64,000 bases of DNA, from positions 192,001 through 256,000 of the forward strand of contig CBDBKE010000003.1 of the NCBI GenBank assembly GCA_965206645.1, written 5' to 3'. Below, piece after piece: positions 9,683 to 20,067 of the stretch. The position numbers and the translations under genes are program-made. The notes under the pieces are model-generated. The model worked only from the letters and a program-made list of their open reading frames with translations. It was not told where the DNA came from and ran no database searches. The DNA is from Terriglobia bacterium. GTDB lineage: Bacteria; Acidobacteriota; Terriglobia; JAJPHL01; JAPKYU01. Position 1 is the stretch's first letter, and each line of letters begins with the position of its first letter.

Positions 9683-10364
9683 GGCGGCGGCAGACGCGAA
9701 GCGAGAAGCGGCCCGCAGGCGGGAGCGGATCGCACGCCGCATTGCCCGGGAACTGCGCGACGGTTACTCGGTCAACCTGGGCATTGGCGTGCCCACGCTG
9801 GTGGCGAACTTCATTCCCCCGGGCATGGACGTGATCCTGCAGTCGGAGAATGGGATGCTGGGGGTGGGGCCCTATCCGGAGGATGGGCGCGAAGACCCGG
9901 ACCTGATCAACGCCGGCAAGGAGACGGTCACCGAGCGAGCCGGAGCCAGCTATTTTTCTAGCGCCGACTCGTTTGGCATGATCCGCGGCGGGCATGTGGA
10001 CCTGACGGTGCTGGGTTCCATGGAAGTGGACCAGCAGGGCAACCTGGCCAACTGGATGATTCCGGGGAAAGTGGTCAAGGGCATGGGCGGTGCGATGGAC
10101 CTGGTGGCCGGGGCGCGGCGCGTCATTGTGGCCATGGAGCACACCACCAAGGATGGCGCGCCAAAGATTCTGCGCAAGTGTACGCTGCCGCTGACCGGGG
10201 TGGGGGTCGTAGACACGATTGTCACCGAGCTGGGCCTCATTCAGGTCACCAAGGAGGGACTGGTGCTCGAAGAGGTGGCCGAAGGAGTTACCCCCGAGCA
10301 GGTGAAGCAGGCGACGGAAGCGCCTTTGCAAGTCAGCCCGAATCTCAAGAAAATGGAGGGGTGA
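9639..10364 (+). CDS. scoB: 3-oxoacid CoA-transferase subunit B (start uncertain; possibly fused to A)
   Basis: [15 protein letters not shown] (catalytic Glu), GMGGAMDLV. Confidence 0.9.
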   Translation: MKSESRSGPSGGPAEAAADAKREAARRRERIARRIARELRDGYSVNLGIGVPTLVANFIPPGMDVILQSENGMLGVGPYPEDGREDPDLINAGKETVTERAGASYFSSADSFGMIRGGHVDLTVLGSMEVDQQGNLANWMIPGKVVKGMGGAMDLVAGARRVIVAMEHTTKDGAPKILRKCTLPLTGVGVVDTIVTELGLIQVTKEGLVLEEVAEGVTPEQVKQATEAPLQVSPNLKKMEG

Positions 10365-10374
10365 GGGAGGCAGT

Positions 10375-11559
10375 ATGGAACGGGCAGTGATTGTGGGGGC
10401 GGTACGCACCGCGATCGGCAATTTTGGCGGGGCGTTGAAGGAAGTCCCGGCGGTGGAACTGGCGGCGCGGGTCGTGGAAGAAGCGCTGCGCCGGGCAGGG
10501 TTGGAGCCGGGCCAGGTGAATGAAGTCATCATGGGCCACGTGCTGCAGGCGGGCGTGGGAATGAATCTGGCGCGCCAGGCGGCGGTGAAGGCAGGCATCC
10601 CCATCGAGGTCCCCTCCTACACGGTGAACAAAGTGTGCGGCTCAGGACTGAAGGCGGTAACGCTGGCGGCGCAGGCGATTGCCTGCGGCGACGCCGAGGT
10701 GGTGGTGGCCGGCGGCGCGGAGTCTATGAGCGGGGCGCCCTATCTGCTGCAAGGGGGCCGATGGGGCTACCGGCTGGGCCACGGTGAGCTGCAGGATGCG
10801 TTGCTGGTGGACGGGCTGACCTGCGCGATGACTGACTCCTGCCACATGGGGGTGACGGCGGAGAATATCGCTGCCCGTTACAGCATCGGACGCGAGGCCC
10901 AGGATGCCTTTGCGGCCTGCAGCCAGCAGCGGGCCGAGCAAGCCATTGCCGCCGGCAGGTTCACTGACGAGATTGTGCCGGTGCCAGTGCCGGGCAAGAA
11001 GAAGGGGGAAGTGCAGCAGTTCGCCACCGACGAGTTTCCCCGCGCGGGCACGACGGCCGAAGGGCTGGCGAAGCTGCGGCCGGCGTTTCAGAAGCAGGGC
11101 ACGGTGACGGCCGGCAACGCCTCGGGGATCAACGACGGAGCGGCAGCACTGGTGCTGGTCTCGGAGAGGCGTGCGGCCCAGTTGGGCCGCGAGCCGTTGG
11201 GCACCCTGCGGGCCTACGCGGCCGCTGGAGTGCCGCCGGAAGTGATGGGGCTGGGGCCCATCCCGGCGGTGCGCCAGGCGCTAGCGCGGGCGGGCTGGAA
11301 CAAGGACGAGGTGGAGCTGTTCGAGCTGAACGAGGCCTTTGCCGTGCAGTCGCTGGCCGTACTGCAGGAGATGGAACTGGCGAGCGACCGAGTGAACGTC
11401 AACGGGGGCGCCATCGCCCTGGGCCATCCCATCGGCGCCAGCGGCGCCCGCATCCTGACCACACTGCTGTATGAGATGCGCCGCCGGGCGGCTCGCCGAG
11501 GCCTGGCTGCCCTGTGCATCGGCGGCGGCCAGGGCATCGCCGCCCTCATTGAACGCTAA
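10375..11559 (+). CDS. atoB: Acetyl-CoA C-acetyltransferase (thiolase)
   Basis: [25 protein letters not shown]. Confidence 0.93.
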   Translation: MERAVIVGAVRTAIGNFGGALKEVPAVELAARVVEEALRRAGLEPGQVNEVIMGHVLQAGVGMNLARQAAVKAGIPIEVPSYTVNKVCGSGLKAVTLAAQAIACGDAEVVVAGGAESMSGAPYLLQGGRWGYRLGHGELQDALLVDGLTCAMTDSCHMGVTAENIAARYSIGREAQDAFAACSQQRAEQAIAAGRFTDEIVPVPVPGKKKGEVQQFATDEFPRAGTTAEGLAKLRPAFQKQGTVTAGNASGINDGAAALVLVSERRAAQLGREPLGTLRAYAAAGVPPEVMGLGPIPAVRQALARAGWNKDEVELFELNEAFAVQSLAVLQEMELASDRVNVNGGAIALGHPIGASGARILTTLLYEMRRRAARRGLAALCIGGGQGIAALIER

Positions 11560-11678
11560 GGTAGCTTCTGTGCGGTACCGGTAAAGTTCTTGAATCCCCC
11601 CAGGAAACTTTCATTGAAGTTCACGTGCCGGCTTCCGGGAGCACCCTTACAACCTTTTCGAAAGTTGGAAACACCGTG

Positions 11679-13385
11679 ATGCGCGTCGCCCTGGCCGCAA
11701 TCATCGCGCTACTGATTCTCCTCTGGCCTCTCGTCTTTCTCTCGGAAGGCAGCCCCGGTGGGCCCTCAGAAGGCAGCTCCGGCGGGATTCATTTCGCCGA
11801 TACCGCCCAGCAGGCGGGCATTCGGGCCCAGATGGTGTGCGGTGGGCCGGAGAAGAAATGGATCCCGGAGGCCAACGGCAGTGGCGCCGCGTGGCTGGAC
11901 TACGACCGGGATGGGTGGATGGATCTGTTGATTGTCAACGGGTCCAACATGGAGCGACTGCGGGAAATTGTCTCAGGCAAGGCGCCTCCGCCTGCAAAGA
12001 ATGGGGTTTATCTGTACCGCAACCTCGGCGAGGGCCGCTTTGAAGACGTCACAGCACGATCCGGGCTGGCCAATCCTTACTGGGGCACCGGTGCCAACGC
12101 CGCCGATTACAACAACGATGGCGATCCCGACATCCTGGTCACCACGATCGGGTTGGACCTGCTGTTCCGGAACAATGGCGACGGCACCTTCACCGAGGTG
12201 GGCAAGGCCGCCGGCCTGAGCCGGGCGGTAGCCTGGCACACCGGCAGTGCCTTCGGAGATTACGACAATGATGGCCACCTGGACCTGTACGTGGTTGGCT
12301 ATGTGGATATCGCGGCACTTCTTAAAGCTGACTCGCCACCGGTCTGCCAGTGGAAGGGTCTGCCGGTGTTTTGCGGGCCCATGGGTTTGAAAGGCGAGCG
12401 CGATATCCTCTATTACAATAACGGCGACGGAACCTTCACCGATGTCACCCGGCAGGTCGGCGTTGAGGACTCGGGCGCCTTTCAGGGCTTCACGGTGGTT
12501 TTTGAGGATTTTAACCAGGACGGGCGACTGGACATTTTTGTGGCCAACGACTCGGTCCCGAATTATCTGTATTTGAACCAGGGAAACGGCACTTTCCGGG
12601 AATCGGCCCTGGCAGCCGGTGTCGCGGTGGATGGGGACGGCGCAACCCAAGCGGACATGGGTGTGGCCGTTGGCGACTACGACAGCGACGGCAAAGTGGA
12701 CCTGCTGACAACCACCTTCGAGGACGGTTACTTTCCGCTGTTCAAACAAGGTCCGGCCGGCTTTTTCCTAGACGTTTCGTACCGGGTGGGGCTCACCATA
12801 CCGACGACTCCCCTTCTCGGCTGGGGATGCGGCTTTTCCGACCTGGATAACGATGGAGACAAGGATCTGTGGCTGGCCAGTGGGCATATCTATCCCGGGA
12901 TCGAGCGTGTCTCCCATACCAGCTACTCCCAGCCATTTCTCGTGTTTGAAAACCGCGCGGACAAGTTTGTCCAGGTCTTCAGTTTTCCTTCCAAGCTCGA
13001 GCACTCCCTCCGTGGCGCCAGTGCCGGGGACTTCGATAACGATGGGAAGACAGATATCGTGCTGCTACCCGTCAGCGGCTCACCGGTCCTGCTGACAAAT
13101 CGCACCGCCGGCGGATCCTCCTGGATCGGCTTCACGCTCAAAGGCAGGCAAAGCAACGGAGAAGCCATCGGTGCGCGCATTCGCCTGGAAGCATGCGGGC
13201 AGGTCCAATACGACTCGGTGCGCAATGCAACCGGCTACCTTTCCCGCGACGACCCCCGGCCCCGGTTTGGCCTCGGCGGCTGCACCAAAATTAGCAAGGT
13301 GGTCATTACCTGGCCGCGCGGCCAGGTTCAGGTGCTGACCGATCTGCCGGTCAACCGATATATCAGCCTGGAAGAACCACACTGA
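11679..13385 (+). CDS. CRTAC1-family protein (FG-GAP repeats + ASPIC/UnbV)
   Basis: Repeated DYDNDG..D motifs; C-terminal AIGARI...RFGLG...ITWP; signal peptide. Confidence 0.9.
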   Translation: MRVALAAIIALLILLWPLVFLSEGSPGGPSEGSSGGIHFADTAQQAGIRAQMVCGGPEKKWIPEANGSGAAWLDYDRDGWMDLLIVNGSNMERLREIVSGKAPPPAKNGVYLYRNLGEGRFEDVTARSGLANPYWGTGANAADYNNDGDPDILVTTIGLDLLFRNNGDGTFTEVGKAAGLSRAVAWHTGSAFGDYDNDGHLDLYVVGYVDIAALLKADSPPVCQWKGLPVFCGPMGLKGERDILYYNNGDGTFTDVTRQVGVEDSGAFQGFTVVFEDFNQDGRLDIFVANDSVPNYLYLNQGNGTFRESALAAGVAVDGDGATQADMGVAVGDYDSDGKVDLLTTTFEDGYFPLFKQGPAGFFLDVSYRVGLTIPTTPLLGWGCGFSDLDNDGDKDLWLASGHIYPGIERVSHTSYSQPFLVFENRADKFVQVFSFPSKLEHSLRGASAGDFDNDGKTDIVLLPVSGSPVLLTNRTAGGSSWIGFTLKGRQSNGEAIGARIRLEACGQVQYDSVRNATGYLSRDDPRPRFGLGGCTKISKVVITWPRGQVQVLTDLPVNRYISLEEPH

Positions 13386-13530
13386 TTTTCCTACCCGCAC
13401 GCTCCCTGCGCGTGCAGCGCAGCGGTTGGCGCGCCTCGACTCCGGCCCATAGCTGCTTCATGCCTCGAAATCATGGAGATTCCAGTATCTCGTGGTGTAC
13501 ACTCACTCCGATTCTTCGCAGGAAAACACT

Positions 13531-14496
13531 TTGAAAATCTTTCTCACTGGCGGGACCGGTCTCGTGGGTAGCAACGTCCTCAAAGTGGCGCGCGAAAAGT
13601 CCGATGTGGAGATGATTGCATCTCTGTTCCAGCGCCGGCCGGAAGTCGACTGGGGTTGCGAGACAGTCCAAATGGACCTGGAAGACTTCACCTCAATCCG
13701 CAAAGCCGTCGAGGCTCACAAACCGGATGCTGTGATCCACTGCGCCCAACCCCGAGATGAGGCCGGAATGGAGGTTGACCATGAGTGGAACTGGGCGCTA
13801 TTGGTCACAGCCACTCGTGTCTTGGCTGAGGTCTGCCGCGATGTGGACGCCAAGCTCATATTTGTCTCGAGCGATTGGATCTTTGGAAATGGCGGCAAGC
13901 CGCCCTACAGCGAGGAAAGCGCACCCTGTCCGGCCTCCTACTTTGGCCTGTTGAAGGTGGTCGGCGAGACGGTTGTGTCGACCGTATGCCCGAACTACGC
14001 CATTGCGCGCACCTCGGGGGTCTACGGACCGATCTGGTCGTATCCCAACTACGAGCCCGCAGAAGAGGGATCCGGTTTCGGCTGGCTGCCCAACTACTAT
14101 GTCTCTCGCTTGAGGCGAGGCGAACCGGTTGCGGCCTGGACCGACCACATCAACGTGTGGGCGAACCCATCCTTGGCAAGCGACGTTGCGGATGCCTTCT
14201 TAACGATCGCGCACCAGGACCAACGTGGTACTTTCCATTGTTGTGGTCGGGAAGGAGCCAGCCGGCTAGAGCTGGCCCAGGCGGTTGCCGACGTGTTTGG
14301 TTACGATCAGGAAATGGTGCGAGCAGCCTCTTCCGCGGAAATGGACATCAGGAACATGGCGGGGCCTCCGGCTCCGCGAGACTGCAGAGTAACCGTAGAG
14401 AGCACCGAAGCTCGGCTCCGACGCGCGAACCTGGGATTCCGCGAGGGACTCAAGCAATACCGGCGCCAACTAGAGGAGATCGGAACATTAAGCTGA
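13531..14496 (+). CDS. RmlD-like extended SDR (dTDP-4-dehydrorhamnose reductase family)
   Basis: TGGTGLVG, IHCA, SSDWIF, YFGLLKVVGE. Confidence 0.8.
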   Translation: MKIFLTGGTGLVGSNVLKVAREKSDVEMIASLFQRRPEVDWGCETVQMDLEDFTSIRKAVEAHKPDAVIHCAQPRDEAGMEVDHEWNWALLVTATRVLAEVCRDVDAKLIFVSSDWIFGNGGKPPYSEESAPCPASYFGLLKVVGETVVSTVCPNYAIARTSGVYGPIWSYPNYEPAEEGSGFGWLPNYYVSRLRRGEPVAAWTDHINVWANPSLASDVADAFLTIAHQDQRGTFHCCGREGASRLELAQAVADVFGYDQEMVRAASSAEMDIRNMAGPPAPRDCRVTVESTEARLRRANLGFREGLKQYRRQLEEIGTLS

Positions 14497-14558
14497 CAGA
14501 CGCTGAGGTCTTCGGCGGCCTGCTAAGTTAAAGCTAGACGAATGGAGACAAGCTAACC

Positions 14559-15848
14559 ATGGAAGGTAAATTGGCAATCCACGGCGGCAAGCCTACCGTC
14601 CCAGAAGCGCTGAAGAAAAGATGGCCCCATATCACCCAGGAGGACAAAGACGCAGTTCTGGGTGTCCTGGAACGCAACGTCTTCACCGGCGAGGAGCATG
14701 GGCCTGAGGCGGCGGCTCTGGAGCGAGAATGGGCCGAGTTCACCGGAAGCAAACACGCCATGGCTTTCAATACCGGCACGGCATCTATCCATACGGCGCT
14801 ATTCGCCGCTGGCGTACGCCCAGGGGATGAGGTCATCACCACCGCCTTCTCTTTCGGCGGAACATTCCAACCTATTCTCCAGCAACACGCGATCCCCATC
14901 TTTGTGGATATCGACCCTCGCACCTACAACATCGACGCGAGCCAGGTGGAGAGCAAGATTACTGACAAGACGAAGGTGCTACTGCCGGTCCACATGCACG
15001 GGCTCCCCGCGGATATGGACGAAATCCTGGCGCTGGCTAAGAAGCACAACCTCATCGTGGTCGAGGACGCCTGCCAGGCTCACGGGGCTACCTACAAAGG
15101 GCGGATGGCCGGGACTATTGGCGATATTGGCTGCTTCAGCCTCAACGCAAGTAAGAACCTCCCCGCAGGTGAGGGTGGACTGTCCACTACACAGAAGGAG
15201 GAATTCGTCCAGCGGGGAAAGTTGCTCCGCACGTTTGGCGAGAAAGTGGGAGGGGAAAAAGAAAAATATCGTCCTTACTACTGCCACAGCATCGGCTGGA
15301 ACTACCGCTGCCAGGAGATGCCGGCTGCCTTGGTGCGCAGCCAGTTGAAGCGGTTGCCACACTATAACGCCATGGCCCAGCGCAACGGGCAGTACTTGAC
15401 CGAGGAACTGAGCAAGATCAAGGGGCTGATCCCGCCACACGTCCCCGCCGACCGCACGACCGTGTACCACAAGTATCGGATCCGCTTCGACACCAAGGTT
15501 CTGGGTCTGAGCATGCCGGCTGTCGAATTTCGAGACAAGCTGCTGGACGCCCTGCGCGCGGAGGGAATGGCTGCCAACCTCTGGCACTACAAGCCGCTGC
15601 CCAGCTATCCCATCTTCCAAAAACTCGATGTGGGACTGGGTGACGGTTATCCTTGGAGCTCTCCTCTCTACGGAAGGAAGATCAGCTACAAGCCGGAGGA
15701 ATATCCACAGGCAACCGAGCTCTTGAACATGTCTCTGGTCGTGAATGATGAGCGGAATCCCATCTTTGTCCAAGATATGGAGTTAATGGAGCACTACGTA
15801 GCTGCTTTCCGCAAAGTCTTTGAGAACTTGGATGAGGTGGTGGCCTGA
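14559..15848 (+). CDS. DegT/DnrJ/EryC1/StrS PLP-dependent aminotransferase
   Basis: GDEVIT, EDACQAHGA, FSLNASKNL..GEGG. Confidence 0.92.
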   Translation: MEGKLAIHGGKPTVPEALKKRWPHITQEDKDAVLGVLERNVFTGEEHGPEAAALEREWAEFTGSKHAMAFNTGTASIHTALFAAGVRPGDEVITTAFSFGGTFQPILQQHAIPIFVDIDPRTYNIDASQVESKITDKTKVLLPVHMHGLPADMDEILALAKKHNLIVVEDACQAHGATYKGRMAGTIGDIGCFSLNASKNLPAGEGGLSTTQKEEFVQRGKLLRTFGEKVGGEKEKYRPYYCHSIGWNYRCQEMPAALVRSQLKRLPHYNAMAQRNGQYLTEELSKIKGLIPPHVPADRTTVYHKYRIRFDTKVLGLSMPAVEFRDKLLDALRAEGMAANLWHYKPLPSYPIFQKLDVGLGDGYPWSSPLYGRKISYKPEEYPQATELLNMSLVVNDERNPIFVQDMELMEHYVAAFRKVFENLDEVVA

Positions 15849-15922
15849 CTTCCCGATAAGGCCATCTTCCTGTCTATCGTAAGCTCGAGTGCAAGGCTCG
15901 CTTCGAGTGGTAATATGGAGAC

Positions 15923-16309
15923 ATGGGACCCAAATTCGCTTCGACGCTGGGTATGCTGCTGCTGGTGCTGGCTGCCGGAGCTGCGGCCCACGAAAAACAT
16001 GCAAAGAAAAACGCCGCAGCGGAGCAGACGATCACCGGCGAGGTCATTGATACCTCCTGCTACCTCCAGCACGGCAACAGTACCGGCGAACCGCATCGCG
16101 CCTGCGCATTGGAATGCGCCAGGCAGGGCGTACCGTTGGGGCTGCTGACCTCTTCCGGAACCATCTATCTCCCGATCGCCATGACTCACAAGGATGCCTA
16201 TAACAAGCCTCTGCTGCCTTACGCCGGCAGGAAGGTCCGCGTCAAAGGACGCGTGCTCATCAAAGGAGGTTTTCGCGGCATCGTAATCAAGTCGGTCGAT
16301 CCGCTATAG
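15923..16309 (+). CDS. Exported hypothetical protein with Cys/His motif (possible OB-fold)
   Basis: Signal peptide; TITGEVIDTSCY...HRACALEC...KVRVKG. Confidence 0.75.
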   Translation: MGPKFASTLGMLLLVLAAGAAAHEKHAKKNAAAEQTITGEVIDTSCYLQHGNSTGEPHRACALECARQGVPLGLLTSSGTIYLPIAMTHKDAYNKPLLPYAGRKVRVKGRVLIKGGFRGIVIKSVDPL

Positions 16310-16326
16310 CAGGCTTCTGGAAAACT

Positions 16327-16380
16327 CCATCCAGGCTTGCCAGGCCATCCAGACTTTGCCAACCATCCAGAATTTGCAGG
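16327..16380. repeat. 3 x 18-bp imperfect tandem repeat (CCATCCAG core)
   Basis: Cores at 16327, 16345, 16363. Confidence 0.75.
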
Positions 16381-16393
16381 ATAAGATGGGCCC

Positions 16394-17383
16394 GTGAGGA
16401 AAGTCCTGCTGGACGTAGACACGGGGGTGGACGATGCGCTGGCGTTAATCTTCGCGCTACGCTCGCCGGAGCTGGACGTGCGGGCGATCACCACGGTGGC
16501 CGGCAACACTGCGGTGGACAGCGTGCTGCGCAACACGCTGTTGCTGCTGGACGTGCTCCAAGCCCCCGCTATCCCGGTGGCGCGAGGCGCCGATCGGCCG
16601 TTACTTCGACCACTGGTCACCGCCGGAGACGTGCATGGCGCCGACGGATTCGGCAACGCCACTACGGTCTATCCGCCGCCGCGCCGCGGCCCGTGTGACC
16701 AGGACGCGACTGAATTGATCCTCTCCACCATCGCTGCCGAACGCGAGCATCTCACCCTGGTGGCCACCGGGCCGCTTACCAACCTCGCGCGCGCCCTGGA
16801 GGCCGACCCGGCCACCTTTCGCTTGCTGGGAAAACTGGTGGTGATGGGCGGGGCTTTCCGCACCGCAGGCAACACCGGCCCGGTAGCCGAGTTCAACTTC
16901 TTTTGCGATCCGGATGCCGCCCGAGCGGTGTTCCAAGCGGGGCTGCAAGTGACCCTGGTGCCCCTCGACGTCAGCGAACGCGCCGTGTTGCCGCGCGCCT
17001 CTCTGCGCACGCTCAGTCAGCGGCGCGACTCTTCGGTCTTCCAGTTTGTCCGCGAATTCACCGTGCTGTGGTTTGACTACCATCGGGAAGTCGCCGGGCT
17101 GGACGGCGGCCACCTGCACGACCCTCTGGCGGTGGCCGCAGCCGCTCTCCCTGACCTGCTCCGTACCGTCCACACTCGCGTCAGCGTGGAGACGGCTGGC
17201 GAGTTCACCGCGGGCATGACGGTGGCCGACTTGCGCGGGCGCAAACCGGGGCCGGAGATGCTGGCGCGCTTCGGCGGCGAGGCGGCTCAGGGCGGACCCT
17301 ACGGGCCTCCGAATGCCCACGTAGCTATGGACGCCGACGTTCCGCGCTTCCTCGATTTGTTCTACGAGCGCGTCTGCCGCTAA
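16394..17383 (+). CDS. Inosine/uridine-preferring nucleoside hydrolase
   Basis: DVDTGVDDA, VHGADG, TGPLTNLA, AEFNF..DP, LHDP. Confidence 0.92.
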   Translation: MRKVLLDVDTGVDDALALIFALRSPELDVRAITTVAGNTAVDSVLRNTLLLLDVLQAPAIPVARGADRPLLRPLVTAGDVHGADGFGNATTVYPPPRRGPCDQDATELILSTIAAEREHLTLVATGPLTNLARALEADPATFRLLGKLVVMGGAFRTAGNTGPVAEFNFFCDPDAARAVFQAGLQVTLVPLDVSERAVLPRASLRTLSQRRDSSVFQFVREFTVLWFDYHREVAGLDGGHLHDPLAVAAAALPDLLRTVHTRVSVETAGEFTAGMTVADLRGRKPGPEMLARFGGEAAQGGPYGPPNAHVAMDADVPRFLDLFYERVCR

Positions 17384-17420
17384 TCCAAGCCGTGGGGAAC
17401 ACAGGGTCTGGGATTCAGAT

Positions 17421-19595
17421 TCAGTTCGTGCCTTTACCCTTCTTACCTGTGGTCACCGTGGTTTGCTTACCGGGACTAAGTTGCCAGAGGAGAAAGCCCA
17501 GCTCATCGGCGATGTCTTCAATGGTCTTGCTCACCGGGCGCCCGCCGGAATGGCCGGCCGTGGTCTCGTAGCGCAGCAGCACGGGCCGCTCCGAGCCAGT
17601 CGCCGACTGAAGCAGCGCCGTCATTTTGCGGGCGTGCAGCGGATCCACGCGCGTGTCTCCATCCCCGGTAACGAACAGCACGGCCGGGTACTTCACGCCC
17701 GGCTTAACCCGGTGGTAAGGCGAGTAGGCCTGCAGGTACTGGAATTGCTCCGAGTTGTCTGAGGAGCCGTACTCGGAAACCCAGAAGCGGGCCACCAGGA
17801 ACTTTTGGTAGCGCACCATGTCCAGCAGCGGATAGCCGCACACCACGGCCTGGAACAGCTCTGGGCGCTGGGTGAGCGCCGCGCCCACCAGCAGCCCGCC
17901 GTTGCTGCGGCCGCCGATGGCCAGCCTCGACGGCCGCGTGTAGCCGTTGCGGATCAGCCACTCGGCGGCAGCGATGAAGTCGTCGAACACGTTCTGCTTC
18001 TTCTCGAGCATCCCCGCCTTATGCCATTGCTCGCCAAATTCACCGCCCCCGCGCAGGTTGGGCAATGCGTAGACGCCTCCATTCTCGGCCCACAGGACGG
18101 CGCTGGCGGAGAACCTCGGGGTACGGCTGATGTTGAACCCCCCGTAGCCGGTCAGCAATGTTGGATTCGACCCGTCGGGTTTGAGCCCCTTGGCGTGCAA
18201 CAGAAACATCGGCACCCAGGTCTTATCCTTGGACTGGCACCAGACCTGGCGGAGTTCCATTTTGTCGCTCTCCACCGGAACCTTGAGGCGCGCCCAGACC
18301 TCGCGCCGTAGTTTGCTGACGTCGTAGCGGTAAATGGTCATAGGGATATGGAAGGAGCTGAAAGCAAAGAAGGCTTCCGGGCTTTCCCATCGGCCGCCAA
18401 CCTCGCTAACGGAACCGATGGCGGGGAACGCAATGTCGGCGGTGTGCTCGCCGTCGGGCTCAAAAACTTTTACACGTGACTTGACGTTCTCCAGGTAGTT
18501 GACAAACACCTTGCCCCCGGCGAGAGAAACATTCTCAATGACCGCGTTACTTTCCGGGATGATCTCGCGCCATCTCTCCCGCGCGGGATTTTCCAGCTCA
18601 ACCGCTAGAATCCGCCCCTTGGGTGCCTTCCAGTTGGTGTGCAGGAAGAGCTGTTTGCCACCGACCTCCCCCCGAAACTTAGCCTCAATATCATTGACTA
18701 CCGGCACGATGGGCCCCCGTTGGGCCGTGTTCTGATAGTAAATTTCTGTCCGCAGCGCTGAGGAGCCGTGCACCACGTGAATGAGCAGGTGGCGCCCATC
18801 TTCGGAGAGAGTGGCGAAACTGATCTTTTCCGGCCCGTACCCCTTGCCGAAAATTACCCGGTCGTCGGCCGGATCTTTCCCCATTGCGTGGTAGTAGACC
18901 CGCGGACCCTCGGCGCCGAAGCGCGTGTAATAAAAGCCGCTGTTGTCGGGCTTCAGTACAATGCCGAAATAGCGTGCCTTCGGCAGCCGGTCCGGTAAGT
19001 CTTTTCGCGTCTCTACATCGAGCAGCTTGATGGCGATCTCGTCCTCGCCGCCCTGCCGGACTCCGTATGCCAGCAGGGTCCCATCGCGAGAGACCGCCTG
19101 CAGATTCACGCTGGTTGTACGATCCGGGCTCATCGGGTGTGGGTCAATCAGCACCTGGTCTTCGCCCTTGAGCCCTTTCCTCATGTAGATGACAAACAGC
19201 TCCTGGTCGGTCAGCCGCTTGGAGAAGAAATAGCGCCCGTTTCGCTCTCGGGGCGTGCGAAAGACGTCGATCTTCAGCAGTTCGGTGAGCCGTTGCATGC
19301 GCTGCTGCCTGCCCGGCAGCGAACGCAAGGTGGGTCGAGAGTACTCATTCTGCGCCGCAATCCAGGCGCGCGTCTCCGGGCTGTTTTGGTCTTCCAGCCA
19401 GCGGTAGGGGTCCACTAGCTCGATTCCGTGGAGCACCTCCCGGACGTTATCCCGGCGGGTCTTGGGCGGCTTCTTGAAGTCGGCCTGCTGCCCCCAGGCC
19501 ATGTAAGCGAGCAGCACCGCCACAAGCGGCAACAGCCAAAGCTCGATGCCGAGCGAGCAAGCTGGAGCGATTCTCCTTCTGGCAACCTTGAGCAT
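17421..19595 (-). CDS. Prolyl oligopeptidase (S9A), probably exported
   Basis: DPYRWLE, RGGGEFG, GRSNGGLL (Ser), DTRV (Asp), AGHSG (His). Confidence 0.95.
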   Translation of the reverse strand: MLKVARRRIAPACSLGIELWLLPLVAVLLAYMAWGQQADFKKPPKTRRDNVREVLHGIELVDPYRWLEDQNSPETRAWIAAQNEYSRPTLRSLPGRQQRMQRLTELLKIDVFRTPRERNGRYFFSKRLTDQELFVIYMRKGLKGEDQVLIDPHPMSPDRTTSVNLQAVSRDGTLLAYGVRQGGEDEIAIKLLDVETRKDLPDRLPKARYFGIVLKPDNSGFYYTRFGAEGPRVYYHAMGKDPADDRVIFGKGYGPEKISFATLSEDGRHLLIHVVHGSSALRTEIYYQNTAQRGPIVPVVNDIEAKFRGEVGGKQLFLHTNWKAPKGRILAVELENPARERWREIIPESNAVIENVSLAGGKVFVNYLENVKSRVKVFEPDGEHTADIAFPAIGSVSEVGGRWESPEAFFAFSSFHIPMTIYRYDVSKLRREVWARLKVPVESDKMELRQVWCQSKDKTWVPMFLLHAKGLKPDGSNPTLLTGYGGFNISRTPRFSASAVLWAENGGVYALPNLRGGGEFGEQWHKAGMLEKKQNVFDDFIAAAEWLIRNGYTRPSRLAIGGRSNGGLLVGAALTQRPELFQAVVCGYPLLDMVRYQKFLVARFWVSEYGSSDNSEQFQYLQAYSPYHRVKPGVKYPAVLFVTGDGDTRVDPLHARKMTALLQSATGSERPVLLRYETTAGHSGGRPVSKTIEDIADELGFLLWQLSPGKQTTVTTGKKGKGTN

Positions 19596-19803
19596 TTCGA
19601 CTCCGGTTTGGAACGTTTGGTCGGCAAGTAGAGCCTAACAGGCCGTCGGGAAATCGGCTACCTTGTCATTCCGGGCGAAGCAAGGAATCTGCTCTCGACC
19701 TTGGTTGCTTTCTGGCAAGCGGATTCCTCAGGGTGACCTGCCTGGCGATTTCCGGACCAGCTGAAGCCTGAGAGAATGGCGCCCTCGGAGAAACGAGGGA
19801 GCC

Positions 19804-20067
19804 ATGAAGAAGACCCGGTTTACCGAAGAGCAGATGGTGACGATCCTCCGCGAGGCCGATCAGCGGCCCGTTCCGGAGGTGGCCAAAAAGAACGGCGTCA
19901 GCGCCCAGACGCTCTACGCCTGGCGGAAACACTTCGGCACGTTGGAGCCCGCCGATGTGAAGCGGCTGCGGCAGCTCGAGCAGGAGAACGGCCGGCTGAA
20001 AAAGATGGTGGCCGATCGAGATCTGGAGATCGACGTGCTCAAGGAGATCACCCGAAAAAAATGGTAG
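19804..20067 (+). CDS. IS3 transposase OrfA
   Basis: MKKTRFTEEQ HTH, RLRQLEQENGRLKK zipper, ends at A7-TGG-TAG slippery site. Confidence 0.92.
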   Translation: MKKTRFTEEQMVTILREADQRPVPEVAKKNGVSAQTLYAWRKHFGTLEPADVKRLRQLEQENGRLKKMVADRDLEIDVLKEITRKKW

